The notes beneath the pieces are model-generated. The model did not search any database. It saw nothing but the letters and a program-made list of their open reading frames with translations, and was not told where the DNA came from. DNA of 64,000 bases from Klebsormidium nitens (lineage: Eukaryota; Plantae; Klebsormidiophyceae): NCBI GenBank assembly GCA_000708835.1, contig DF237140.1:86875-150874 (forward strand), given 5' to 3'. A program made the translations under genes and the position numbers. This document shows, in pieces, positions 13,363 through 25,774 of the stretch. How positions within the stretch are numbered: the stretch's first letter is position 1; each line of letters begins with the position of its first letter.

Positions 13363-14511
13363 CGCACATCTGAGAGCTCTGCGAATTGCTCATGAGTAGT
13401 CTGAAGTTCAAACTATGCAGCGACGGTGGAGCACGTTCAGCTGCCGCTTGTACATGCATGCTCTGTATCTCGTGCTGTTGTAAAGGCGGCTGTAAGAAGC
13501 TATGCGTGAAGTTTGGTTCGTACGTAGCATTGTATACATATGACGGTGTTTTGCAGTCACCTTATCGCCGGGTACGTAGCAATTGTCGTAATTGCAAGCG
13601 AAAGTCCTGGAGCAGCGGTTGAGTCGATTCATTTAAGCTCAGCGAGCAGGCTGGCGGCATGCAAGCCTGTGATTCGCGGAGTTTCATATATATGTAATGT
13701 ATGCATATGAAGCAATTGAATGCCCAGATTGCATACATGTAAGTTTCATGCTTTCTTTCTTCATGGGTACTTGCAAGGAGTGCGCGGCAGCCGCGCCACG
13801 CACCCGGGGGGCCATGCATTTATAGTAGTGTACGTGTGGCTCCTAGCTATGCATACCGCCGCCTGGTGCAAGTCTTAATCCTACACATTGTCCGGCTGAT
13901 TGATGCGTACTGTGCATGCATGAGGTGCGATTGCCCGGCCCAGGAGTGCGGTCACCATGCCTTGAAGCAGATTGTCAATTGTGAAGGAGACCATGCGTTT
14001 TTGCGTCAAGAAGCCCATGCATTTGTGCCCTGGAACCAAAATAGACTTCGCCTAACTTTGAAGCTAAGTTGTGACTTCAGGGCTTTACTCGATCGGGAGA
14101 TTGACTGCAGATCTGCGTCTACTTACATCAGCCTATGCTATGGTGGCGTTGCCCCATAACATACGCGACGCTCTTCATCTGAATCGTAGATTGTGGGATC
14201 TCTTTCAGCAAAGACAGTATGTCAATATGCAAAAAAGTTGTCTGGTTTCACCTCGTCTGAGTATGGGCGTTCATACAGACGTCTAGACGTTGATATTTAT
14301 ATGACTGGTAAGCTAGACTCTTGTTATTCTGACAAAAATAGAATCCAACTACTTGGACCAGAAATGAGCATCTGCATCGCTCAATCCACGTTCTTGTTTG
14401 GCATCGGATTGCGATGCTGGAATTGAGGCTTGCCAGATGCCCCAATGCAACTGACGCCTCTCACCTTATTTGAAGCTTCACTAGCTACTACTGGGACAAC
14501 TCTGTCGACGC

Positions 14512-17361
14512 TCAAGCCGAATAGGCTGAGGCAAAGACGAACGCGGATGCGAGGCTGAGTGCCAACAGTGGAGCAGCAGGGAAGGCCTTCTTGGTAGCAA
14601 ACAGGCGGATTCCTACACAAAGGCAGAAACACTGGTGTTGGAAGGAACAAGCCGTGCCTTTGGAGGTGTTCTCAGGGGGCTCACGAGAGCCCACTTTGGA
14701 AGACTTCTCCTTTCAAAAAACGCATAAAGGTTGTTCTTTCCGGGGGGCTTCCGGAAACTATGCCAAGGTTTGGGAGTACCGCTTCCAGGCAACTAGGAAC
14801 ATCCAGCGGTCGATTCTAAAAAAAGGAACAGGATCTACTTGCCAGACGCATTGCTAATCCCAACAATACTCAAGAGGGGTGAAAGAGCCTGAGGATTGAG
14901 ATCATGGACTTTGACTCCCTGATTTTGAACCTACAGCCATTCCGATGGACCATCGGAAGTAGAGCTCGATGCAATCCACCTTCACGTGGGGGGCTGATAG
15001 CGAGCATGGAGAAACAGTGACAAAAGCCCGTGTTCTTATAACACTGTGACAGCGACCTGACCTTTCATCGCTCTTCGCTCTGAGTTGCTGAGATTCTGCA
15101 GAGTGATAATCAGTTAAAATTGCGCTGGCAGAGGAGATGCTAGAGCATCATTGGACCATATATATTGAAGAATGATTACAAGCTGCTCACCGAAAACGGA
15201 GGCGAAGAGGATGGAATAGCCAAACGCGACCGCCAACCCCGTCTGGTGAGTGCTCTCTTGACTTTCGAGGTAGTACGCCTGCAACGGCGACAATTTTGGA
15301 ACAGAATTTCCGAGCGAGTTGCCGTGACTAGATTGTGACTGTCTCCACAAAATGGTCAAACTCGTGTCCGACAGCAAGTTGTGTGCTCGAATGTCCCTCT
15401 GAAACTGAAGGGTAGAGAGAACCTTGTCCAAGTGTTCTTCCGGAACGACTCTTTTGAATCCTGCCTGGCCAGTGAATAAGTGCGTGGTTCCTGGGAGGCA
15501 CAAGACGCGCCAATCATTGTCGTACACTTTAGGTGTAAATTCACCACTAACGTATCACAGACGAATCTAGTTGGTTGGCGCCATGACAAAACTCGTGCCT
15601 TTTGTAAGCGGGTGCGACGCATCAAACCAGATGATGTATGCAGGCAACAGCATGAAGAACATACACATGGAGGATGCATGATCCGTTATCAATGGTCTTC
15701 GAGAACATACATCATTTGGGGAAGCTGGGAATCTAGTGGTTCCACAATCAAGTTTCTTTGTCTGGAAGTGTGCATGAAATGAGAATTTTTCTACTACACC
15801 AGGTTTGGAAAGTGTTGTGCGTATGTGTAGGGTCCTCACCATTGCTGAAAGAGCTGCCCCCAAAGCGCCACTGATCACAGACTGCTTGCTCCCGCTTTTC
15901 AGGTCTGCAGGGCAACCAGAGGTGTCATTGAAGGTTCTTCGAGTTCCATGCAACCAGGGGGAGACACTTCTGCACAAAGATCAACGATTGGACCCTGCAC
16001 TATGTTTCACAGCGTCTTACAAGGCCTTGTATATCGCTTTGAGACCACACGTTCTATACATTGTGGTTTGGCAGATTTGCCCTGTTAAAAGATGCAATGA
16101 ACCTGAGAAACCAAAAAGCTACTTTAAAGCTGACAATTCCTGACTGGGCCTGTTTCATGAAAAGTGGCCCACTTCAATGAATCCTTTCACATGTTCAAAG
16201 TGTCCCTGTTTGATATAAATTTCTTCAAAAAGCAGCGATTCCCCACACTGATCTGCCTGGTGCAAGAATCCTCCTAGAACTCTTTACGTTGAAGCTAGTG
16301 TCAGACGGTAGACCAAAGAGAAGAGATCAAGTTCCTGATGCACGGAACACTTCCTTCTTACAAGAGCTTTGTGTCAGGATTCTCTGCTGAAAGAAGAGCC
16401 AGGGCTAAGTGTAGAGCAACAGGAGCAAAAAACTCCCTGACATGCTTGAATCAGATTTATTGGTGTACCTTCAAGCAGTAGGTATGCCTTTGACCAACAA
16501 GAAAACAAGCAACTGTACAGTCAAGTGCCAAGAAATCGGCTTCTACTCCCCTCCTCAGAGACAACAATTCTCTGGTAGAGCAAAGAGCAATGGTGCATTT
16601 GGTTACCCAGAGTGCTTGCAATCGCCGAAGGACTAACCAAGCAAACAGAAGATTGATTCAGAAATATTGTTAGTACAATCATGACGGTGTACTCACATGC
16701 AGAGGTCCCCCCTCCCAGGAGCAGGAGGCCATACACAGCTGTCCAGATAGACGCAGTTTCCTGCATTCTCACAGTGTGTACTTTAGTGAATGAAGTCAAT
16801 GTTGCGCTGCAGGACGCAGTTTCATCATATTGCGATTAGATAAGCTCTCCCAAAGTTCAGAGATGCTTGTAACAGGATCAGATTTCTGCATGCCACCATC
16901 GACGATGGATTTGCAGAAATCAGCAAGTGTCTTGCTTCTGCAGTCCAGGGTTCCTAGTATTCTGAGTAGGACTATACTTACCACCACCATGCTAAACGAC
17001 AATTACAAATCCAAGCTTCACACTAGGTGCAATCTTTTCACAATTATGAATGTCCTACCTGTGACACAGCTTGAGCTTGAAGAGCACCACCACTGGCACC
17101 AGACTGCCTTTTCCTCAGGCTAGCTCCCTTGCCCGTCTCTTTGCAAAATGGACTAGATCTTGACGCGGCGCGTTGGCCCCAAAGGCTGCTGCTCAGCGCA
17201 CGACTTGCCTGCCTTCTGGTGATCCTTGCGCTCTTTGGGGATCCAAAGCTGAATGCAGCCACGCAGGAACTCCTCGCCGAGACGTCGGCATTTGAAGAGC
17301 TGGCAAGGCATGCAACTGGGGCCCGGCACAGAGGAGCTCTAACGAACGTTGCGGCCGCCAT
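14512..17361 (-). CDS. FAX4: TMEM14 / fatty-acid export protein, FAX4-like, with plastid transit peptide; 5 exons, ~206 aa
   Basis: Exons 17361-17059, 16760-16697, 15904-15840, 15278-15191, 14612-14512; total 621 nt in frame. Ser/Ala/Arg-rich N-terminus, then AVYGLLLLGGGTSAYLKSGSKQS...AYYL...SVFGIRLFATKKAFPAAPLL, which follows the FAX4-type TMEM14 pattern. Orthology is not tested. Confidence 0.85.
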
Positions 17362-17464
17362 GACTGATGAGATGTTGCTTGCAATGCAGAGAGAAAGGTG
17401 AATAATTCTTGAAAGCTCAAGAGATCTGAGAAGGCGCAAGCTGATCTCGAGAAGGTTGGCCGAC

Positions 17465-17562
17465 CAGCTCGCGCGCATGTTCGCGGCCAAGCCGGCCGCG
17501 GCCCAGCCCATGCCGCGCGCGTGCGCGGGCCGGCGGCCGCCCCGCCGCGTCCGCGCGGGTTC
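17465..17562 (-). promoter_or_regulatory. GC-rich promoter-like block upstream of the FAX4-like gene
   Basis: Very GC-rich stretch with GCGCGC runs and GCCCA (site II-like) motifs, 100-200 bp upstream of the ATG at 17361. Confidence 0.45.
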
Positions 17563-18841
17563 GGATGGTTCAAGTTCTCATGGTCCGGCAATCCCATGAT
17601 TGCTGTGGTCAGCATGACAAGCAATCGAACGCTGATTCAAAGTTACAGTCCTGCACGATTGTCTCATAGTTTACGGTTTGCGGCGGCCGCTTTCTCACAA
17701 TGAAACAAGCCGCCAAACATGTTCGAGCTGCACGGTCCGGGTCGACCATGCCGATTGGAGAGGTCGAGACATGCATATGATGGATCAGTCGCATAGAAGA
17801 ACACAAATAATCTCCTGAGTCGTAAAACGAACGTCGCATACAGCTGCACAGCTCCAAGAACCTAGGAAGACTTGCATACGTCCGAACGGATCGGACAACA
17901 CGACCGAAGCTTGACCACGGATATCGATCCATAATATGATAACGACAATCGCCGCCAAGAAATTGTGTAAATCCAAAACAATTTTTGGAGTGCCCTCAAT
18001 CCAATTTTCTCCAGTCAAGAGCTATACGGTCAAGAATCGAGATTCAGGTCGAACTCGGACGCAGATTAACATACCAAGGCATCCCAACCACTTGCAAACT
18101 GTCGTGACGTGTAGGCGCCTTGATGCAAGATGAAAGGTCGTTAGACTTACTGTGAAAGGCAATGATTGTTGAGGACTTTTAGTAAATCTGACACTTCCAA
18201 GAATCTCTCACCAAAGTCACCCAAGAAAACGCTTCGACAAACCTTCGACAAGAAAGACAAGCTTCCCCGCAAACATTCCTCTGAAACCCTCAACCTTCTA
18301 GGATGCTGGTCGCTTCTCTCACCGGCTTCATTACCCCGTCTTCCAAGTACCCACACCTTCCACCTTTACCTATTGGGCCGTATTCTACCGGTCGTCTCAT
18401 CCTACGTCGCTTCGCCCCTCCCTTTTCTATGAGCTTTCTGCGATTCTTTTTCTCTCTACATCCCTGTCCATTCCGTTCCCCTCGCTTCACCTCAGTCTGC
18501 GCCGTTCCGCACACCGGAACACCGTTGTCAAGTATGTATACCTCGTATCACCATTAGCATTTGCCTTTTTTTCGCTCCGTCCAAATCCGGGCTCGCCTAT
18601 TCTCTATGCACAGGCTATTCTCTATCTCATCCCCTATTCTCTTTGCACTTTCGTACTCACACCCGTCGCCCCTTTCCCGTAATGTTTTGGCCCTCCCCTT
18701 CTACTTCGGCCCCTTTTACTTCGACTCCAAGAAGACTCATCCTGAGAATCGTTTTTCAGAATCCTCTTATTTCGACCCTCAGAATCCTCTTTGACATTCT
18801 CACCCCACTCCTACATTCCCCACCCCGCCTCGATCAAATGC

Positions 18842-21800
18842 CTATAGCTCTTTCTCTAGGACCCTTTTCGGAGCGCCTAAGGTCTTCATAACCTCCTCCT
18901 TCACCCCGCCAGCCAAGCCCTCTCTTATCTCCTCCACAATCGTCTCCACTTTCTCGCGGAACCACCCCTTCTCCCTCCCGGCGATAACGGTCGCCGGCTG
19001 ATTGCTCACGCACTGCTGAATTTTGGCCTTGTCTACTTGTGTCGCGGCGGCCAGAACGGAGTTGGGGACCGCCCGGTAGATCGAGTTCTTCCCCGCCAGG
19101 AAGACGGTCCCGCTCTGTAAGTACGCCGATGAGACGAAGCCGATGCCCTCCAGCTTCTTGTCGCCCACACTCTGCATACGTCATGGCTGACGTGAGCAAC
19201 GCTCGCACACCTCGACGGGATTGACGTCAAGACTCGTATTCGACGACGTCACGCTTGTGACTGGGACAGAAGCGATGGCAGAAGCAAAAACAAAGTGGCG
19301 ACTTGAAGCACCTGGCACATTTTGCAAGAAGATACGGTTTCTTGACGTTGCAACGCGTGTATTTACCTACTTCGTGCAGCCCCGCTCGCCTGTTTTGGTT
19401 CGAAAGATGACCAAGAGTGGAAACGCTGTCCCAGAAGAATGCCACGTGAAGGCTCGTACCAGAGCTCGATAGTCTTCAAGCTTACACCAGTACTCAGCCC
19501 TCAGCACAAGAGGAGAGCTTAATCTTTACTTTACGAGAGCGTTGATTCGGACCCAGAATTAGCATGTTGGATTCATATCCGGGGACGCTTGTCGAAGCTT
19601 GAATGATGAAAGTCTTACCTTTTGCGTTGACGGGAAGAAGCGCGGCACCACGAAGGCCTCCCCCGGTCCCAGCTCCGCGTCAGCCCCGGTCGAGCCGTCC
19701 GGCTGGGCCACCTGGTAAAAGCGACCGGGAAAAGTCACCGGTAACTCCCATTCCACCTAACAGGCGATTGACCTAAAATTGTAGTTCGAGGTGGGCAGCG
19801 GCTTAGCTTTAAAGGCTTATTCCGCTCTTGTTCCGAGCGGAACGGCTGCTCCGCCGGACTTCCGACCAAGTGACGATGCTGGCGGTGGAATTGGGGGAAG
19901 CAGAAAGATTATCTCCTTGGACAATGTTTGTTACCTGACCCAGAAGCTTAGCCGAGTCGCCCACCAAATACAAGTGCTGGCTGAACGGTGCCGCGCTTTC
20001 CTGCCGCGATCTCGAAGTGGGGACTAAACTTCTGTTCTTCTTCTTCTGAAGGGCCGTTACACTGACACATGCGTTTCACTCATCAAGCATCAATCTTTCG
20101 ACGTACTGACATGAGGAACCGTGATCGGCAGACCAAGCGCGACTGCATGGTTGCTTTCGGGGCCCGAAAGGAAGCAGGACGGTCCCTGGATCCCAATACG
20201 CAGTGTAAGGTGTGATTATGAACCGAAATCCATGAGAGTGCACCTTAGCGCGAACGCGCATACCTGGACTCTGGCGCGGCCTGCAGTGATGAAGCCGAAC
20301 ATTGTGGCCGTGGTTTTGTAACGCGGCAGCAGCATTGCACCCTGCAAGGACGTGCGCCATTGTCAGTGCGCAATTGCCGTCAACTGCACAAGAAGAGTTT
20401 AGCTGCTAACAGGCTGGGTTAACCAAACGTGGCTCTGGTGCTTTAACCAGTAACCAGGCTGTCATCATGTAAAGAGGGTACTTACTGCTTGAATCTGGTC
20501 ATTGAATATTTAGCCGCACCTCAACCAAACATGATTAAGCGCCGACGACCCTGTGCTGTACTTCTCGCGCTCCCTTCCAGCCACTTAATAAGGACGATGT
20601 CTGAGGGATCCCCTTACTTGAAAGATCCTCCTCCTCTGCGGAAATCCAACCGACTTTGCCCTCTGGAGAATTCTTTAGTCGAACCTTGTCATTATGAATT
20701 TTGGCCGCGATATTACTCGGTATCCCAAGAACACGCCGGGCTTATTCGCTCGCTGTAGCGCGCTTTGCCACATACTTACCGGCTTGAGACTAACTTTGAC
20801 GGCCCCCAGGCTCAGGTTCTTCAGGATCGAGAGCCGCTCGCAGTCCAGAAGGGTCACCTGCATGAGGTAGAGTGGATGATTCGAAGATGTGCAAGACGGG
20901 CTTGGGTTCCAGTTTCCAATCCTTCAAAGGTTCGAACGATCCTTGAAGTTATGTGCTTATAAAGGCGCAAAAACGCAGGTGCGGGGCACGTCATCTCTAA
21001 GATCCTTCCGAATGATGGCGCTACAGATTAGGAGTTCACAGCCCCTCGCAAAACTTTCTATCTGGATGAAAAGTTCACCCTTTCTGAAGCCATTCTTGTT
21101 TTGATCGGGGGAACAAATATGTTTCTCAAAAGCAAAGGTATCACTGAGAAAAGGCTTCACTCGCTTCCAAGGAGCGCCGTTCTCGAATTCTCGCAGATCC
21201 TATAGCTTATTAAGCTACTTTAATCCGAAGCGCGCACCTGGCCGAAGTCGGAGGTGAAGTCCGGGTCCGCTTCGTCGACGTTGTACATAAGCCCCGAGTC
21301 GTCGTGCGCGCTGCGTTGCTTGAGCTCTTCGTCCATTGCCATCAGCTCCGCAGAGCCCAGCTTCACCAGCCCACTGCGAGAAAAAGCACTTTGACACTGG
21401 ACCTATTAGATGGTGCCACGTGTACATTCTGATTGCTTAGCATTTTAAGTTTCTCGTCCATTGCCATCAGCTCCGCAGAGCCCAGCTTCACCGGCCCACT
21501 GCGAGAAAAAGCACATTAAAATTGGACCGATTAGATGGTGCCACGTGTACACTCTGATTGCTCCAGCATTTTAAGTTTCTCGTCCATTGCCATCAGCTCC
21601 GCAGAGCCCAGCTTCGCCAGCCCACTGCGAGAAAAAGCACATTAAAGTTGGACCGATTAGATGGTGCCACGTGTACACTCTGATTGCTCCAGCAATTTGA
21701 GTTTCTCGTCCATTGCCATCAGCTCCGCGGAGCCCAGCTTCACCAGCCCACTGCAGAGTGTAACATCGAAGGATGGAGTATCTTGTTCCGGAGCAGCATA

Positions 21801-23878
21801 GCATGTGCGATTGCTGCCACGTACTTTGGGTGTTGCTCGCGCGCGTGCCGGAAGTGGTTTACTAAGCTTATACAACATTCCTGGAATACGAATGGTCTAA
21901 TAAGATCAACAAAATCTGTGTTCGCTACTAGCACGGAGATAAAGCTTTACGTTCGTTTCTGCACATGCTCAAAATGTACTTCGAACCACGACTCAGATTT
22001 GATGGCCATCAGCCCCAGGAGAAGCCTTTGCAGATAGCCCACGCCAAAGAGACGGAGCTGGCTTTGCTCTCAGTCATTAGCGGTCGAAATTAGTCTGCGC
22101 ACCTGTCGGGGGTCTTTGTCTGGATTTGCTCCACCAGGTCTTCGTCCGTGTTGAACGCCTCCGCCAAAATGTCCTTCGTGAAGCCGTGCAGAAGGCTGCT
22201 CTGTCCCGTGACCTCGCCTGCCATCAGAGGGAACACCTGAAAAAAAAGGGTTTAAGACCTAACCCACTAGTGGGGGAAACACCTGAAACAGGATATCAGA
22301 CCAAAGCCACTAGTATGGGGAACACTGCAGAAAAGAAAGGTTTATGACCAAACCCACTGGCTAGTGGTTCGAAGGGTGATCAAACCGCGATGTTCCCAAA
22401 AACAGCCCGGGCAATAGGATCCGGTCAACGATTCAACCCCGAACGTAGATAACGCCTCGGACAAAAAAGAAAGTTTGTGGGTGGGTACATATGAATAGCT
22501 TGAATAGAGGTTGAAGCTTAACAACAGAACACACCCACTAGCTGACGCGGCGACTCTGTTGGCGGGGGAGCCGTTCTTTCAAGCACAAGTTCCGAGAGTG
22601 TCTAAAGATGCCATACAGCCGAAGGCCGACAACGGAACAAACGTTGTCGAAGGAGATAATCTTTCTGCTTCCCCCAATTCCACCGCCAGCATCTTCACTT
22701 GGTCGGAAGTCCGGCGGAGCAGCCGTTCCGCTCGGAACGCGAGCGGAATAAGCCGTCAAAGCGGAACCGAACGCCCACCTCGAATTTGGACAGCTCCCCG
22801 GGCACGTCCACCGGGCGAGCTGCCGCTAGCAGGGTGAACTTCTGCTCCGTGTCGTTGTTGAGGATCCACGTGGCCCAGCCAGCTGGCAGCGCGATGACGT
22901 CACCGCGGCGGAAGCGGCGGACCCCCGTCTCCTCGCCCTTGTCGTTGATGATGCCCGCGTGCGCGGTCCCTGGGCGGGTTAAGGAAGCGGTTAGAAGGGT
23001 CTGGTTTTGGCACGGGTCGGCATCGAAAAGATGGTTCAGGATGAGGTTAGTTCTGTGAGGCGGTGATGAAAACATCGAGATGGTTAGGGATTAAGAAGGG
23101 TGGTCGGACATTAACCGCCCCGCTTATAAGCACAATCACGAAACGGATGAGTCTTATCCGATCTCGAGGAGGTGGAACATGGTGGGGCGTAGGTGAAACG
23201 AAGAGGTAGGATTCCGGCAAAGATCGAGATGCGATCGAGATGCGACAGAATGTTTTACTTCGACATAGACTTCGAAAAGTCAATATCAAGCTTCAAGGAA
23301 AGCCGGGTGATCACCGCGCAAGTGTCATGCATTTGTGAGAAAGCCCAACATGAAGTTGCCCGCCCTAGAATCGACGTACAACTGTAGGAATCTTGGAGAT
23401 GAAGCCTCCAAGACAGCAACGCGCTGGCGACTGCAAAGCTCAAGAATCAGCTTCGTGGTCGCTTGCTCCGAAAGCCACATCATAAGGTTCGCGGCGACCG
23501 TAGGTTCAAACCTGTGACCTCGAGATCGCCGGAGAATGCTCAACTCGACGAAAGGCGAGGGACCGGTGAACAAAGAGGCGGCACGTATGCTGTCCAGTCG
23601 CCGAAGCGGTGTGTTCCAGAACGCCCCTTCACCGAACAGAATAATAACCTTCAAGATAGTAGAGCTAAGAAAAGCTGACCAACCGGAGAACCCTCCAAAC
23701 CCCGTACCTTGCAGCACGGCCATGAGAAGGTCCGCGTCGGCGTAGTGCGGCGGGCGCAGCGTGCCCGGCTCCATAACTAGAATGAAGGCGGCCAAGTTTT
23801 CGTCCCTGAGCGTCTTTGTGTCCGGGCCCCATGCCGATTCGAAGCCGGCGTCCGACTTCAGGTGCTCCGCCGGGGGGC
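18842..23878 (-). CDS. 7S vicilin-like bicupin (cupin A); exons 2-9 defined, first exon unresolved
   Basis: Exons 23878-23708, 22969-22779, 22236-22103, 21373-21238, 20857-20780, 20341-20264, 19711-19619, 19171-18842, all phase-compatible. Motifs MEPGTLRPPHYADAD..VLQG, GDVIALPAG, LHGFTKDILAEAFN, GEAFVVPRFFP, FLAGKNSIY. Confidence 0.88.
21331..21756 (-). repeat. Four ~126-bp tandem units spanning the cupin A exon 5 acceptor
   Basis: GCAG|TGGGC(T/C)GG(T/C)GAAGCTGGGCTC starts at 21750, 21624, 21498 and 21373. Confidence 0.95.
22225..22350 (-). repeat. Three ~43-46 bp units spanning the cupin A exon 4 acceptor
   Basis: CAG|(G)TGTT(T/C)CC at 22324, 22282 and 22236. Confidence 0.75.
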
Positions 23879-25219
23879 CTGGAAGGGGATTCGATGCTGA
23901 AAACGTTTAGATTCTCCGTTTAAATCCTGATTGCATGGATGTGCAATTAAATGCATTTTGGAACATAACGCTCATTTGTGTTCAAGAAAGTGCTCATTTT
24001 TTAACGTGCTGGCCTAGAAGATTTACCGATGCTCGTCCGAATATGTCGGAAGGTAACTTGATCGACGTCAGGTACGTGGCCACATGGAACGAAGTTTGAT
24101 CGAGAATTTCAACAGGAATTTAGAAACTATCGCGCGCCCCGCCCAAATCGTGTCACTTGGAGAAGCTGCCAATAAAAAAGCGACAGAAAGAGCTGCAGCC
24201 GCACAGATTCTCCGTCTTCATATCCTTCAGGAATAAGTGTTGGTCGTTAGAGCCGCAAGGCCTTGATCTCTGGTCTTTGCAGGTGATTCTAAGCAACGCA
24301 ATCCGTCTACTTCACATTCTTGTTTGATCTGGCTTGATTAGTTTAATCTTTGTCCCGCTATACAATTTGTAGCACAATTTTGAATTGAACACAAGCAACT
24401 GCCCGGTCATGCACCGCTGTTTGAGAATAAGTTTTGACTTTGCTGATGGGTACTCTCAACAAAAGCTCGGGTTGATTTAACTTGCATAGGGACAATGAGG
24501 CTCTGATTTGGTCGAAGTTAATATCTTGTAGAAGGTCCTGATGCTGTGAGCTTGAGCATGATTCAGAAAGGGTTTTGTCCAACAAAGTATTATAGCTGAG
24601 AACCGAGCAGATTAGAGTCACCTGGAATGAAATCTCCAGACGTGTAGTCATACGCGCCCGCTGCAATCAAGCTTGCTAGAAGATAGCACGCCAAGAGGAC
24701 ATGCGCGAAGCCCCGTTTCCTCGCCATCCCTAGTTTCTAAGCTTTCCTTCTTGCAGAGGTCGTTTGACAGCACACGGTTGAGCTTTGTTTACTTTCCAAA
24801 CACTGACCCGTGTCAAGCTTGAGCTGCTTTACGCAATCCTCTTCGTTTTGGTTTGTAGACTGTTCGCTCCAGGACCAATCCGAAAAGCGCCTGCTAGGCT
24901 TGTACAACAAACAGAAAGCTTCAATTCTCTGGCGGACTTCAGATTCTGGAACCGCGCCTGGCGCTTGTGTTCTGAAAGCAAGAGCTCTCGTATGAATGCA
25001 GGTGTTCAATCAAGATATTCAAGCTTCTCTTCGTCTCTTCCATTTGGAGAAGACGCAATCTGATAGCCTTGCGCCTGCACTGGTTCAGTTTATGTTTCGA
25101 GCCGACCGACCGGCCTCGAGCGAATGTCAAAGTGCCTACAGCAGCTTGTGCAGTGTATTCTTGCGCTGCCATGCGCTGGGCAGAAGGGCGGCCGCGCGTG
25201 CGCGTCAGATATTTTGCGT

Positions 25220-25248
25220 GCCACGTACTCGCATGCATCGTACACGTA
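25220..25248. promoter_or_regulatory. ABRE + RY + ACGT-core cluster in the region between the two divergent cupin genes
   Basis: GCCACGTA (= TACGTGGC, ABRE consensus YACGTGGC) at 25220-25227, CATGCAT at 25232-25238, TACACGTA at 25241-25248. Function is inferred only. Confidence 0.4.
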
Positions 25249-25329
25249 TATGTACTGAAGAGATATTCACTTTCTATCGGCCGCTGCATGACGCATGTAA
25301 GCCCCTCTAGCGATCAAAATGTTTTCTTC

Positions 25330-25372
25330 GCATCCGAATGCTGAGCCAAAGCATTCGAATGCTGAGCCAAAG
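25330..25372 (+). repeat. 2 x 21-bp tandem repeat
   Basis: GCAT(C/T)CGAATGCTGAGCCAAA twice. Confidence 0.85.
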
Positions 25373-25774
25373 ATAATTTAAGATCAATGGAAGTTAACCG
25401 TTCTTTCCTTCAGACAGTGCCTCTTTCTTCAACGAACTGTTCTCGAAAAGACACCGCCCAGAGGATATCGCAGAGAGACGCTCTGCCCCGCCGCCGCTCA
25501 AGTTTGCCCACAATTGAAAGCAAGCTCGCTGCCGAAAAACCTTGGAACTCAGGCTACTTCTCAGGGGCCTCTCTTGTCAGAGCTGGGCGCGGTGCACTTT
25601 TAAGATTGCTGTGCAAGCAATCCTTTGATAGTAGTTTTCTGCGGGCTTTCCTCTTCCGTTTCAAGGGGGCTTCGACACAATAATTTGGCTCAGCATCCTC
25701 TTTTAGAGCTTTACAGACCTAAGTCGAGCGCCCAAGTAAAAAGCAAGTGAATAGAGACCCGCTGAAAAGTAAAG

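Larger units (their letters stand above)
19785..22784. repeat. Inverted repeat pair inside cupin A: 19785-19932 and 22636-22784
   Basis: 119-bp core (19814-19932 vs reverse complement of 22636-22754) with about 5 mismatches, plus a looser match to TTCGAG|GTGGGC. Confidence 0.92.

Noticed and set aside
16810-16825. GAAACTGCGTC repeated upstream of the FAX4-like exon 2 as another junction duplication
   Set aside because: Only 11 nt match and the acceptor is not included; could be chance.
21331-21756. Regular repeats as a CRISPR array
   Set aside because: Whole 126-bp units are duplicated with no unique spacers, and they copy a eukaryotic exon junction.
22261-22350. CACTAG motifs as Helitron 3' ends
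   Set aside because: They are explained by the duplicated exon 4 acceptor units, and there is no upstream hairpin or matching 5' end.
18834-23678. ORF-track entries overlapping cupin A on the opposite strand or in other frames (e.g. 22699-23058 +, 18834-19208 -)
   Set aside because: Shadow ORFs of GC-rich coding exons, with no independent evidence.
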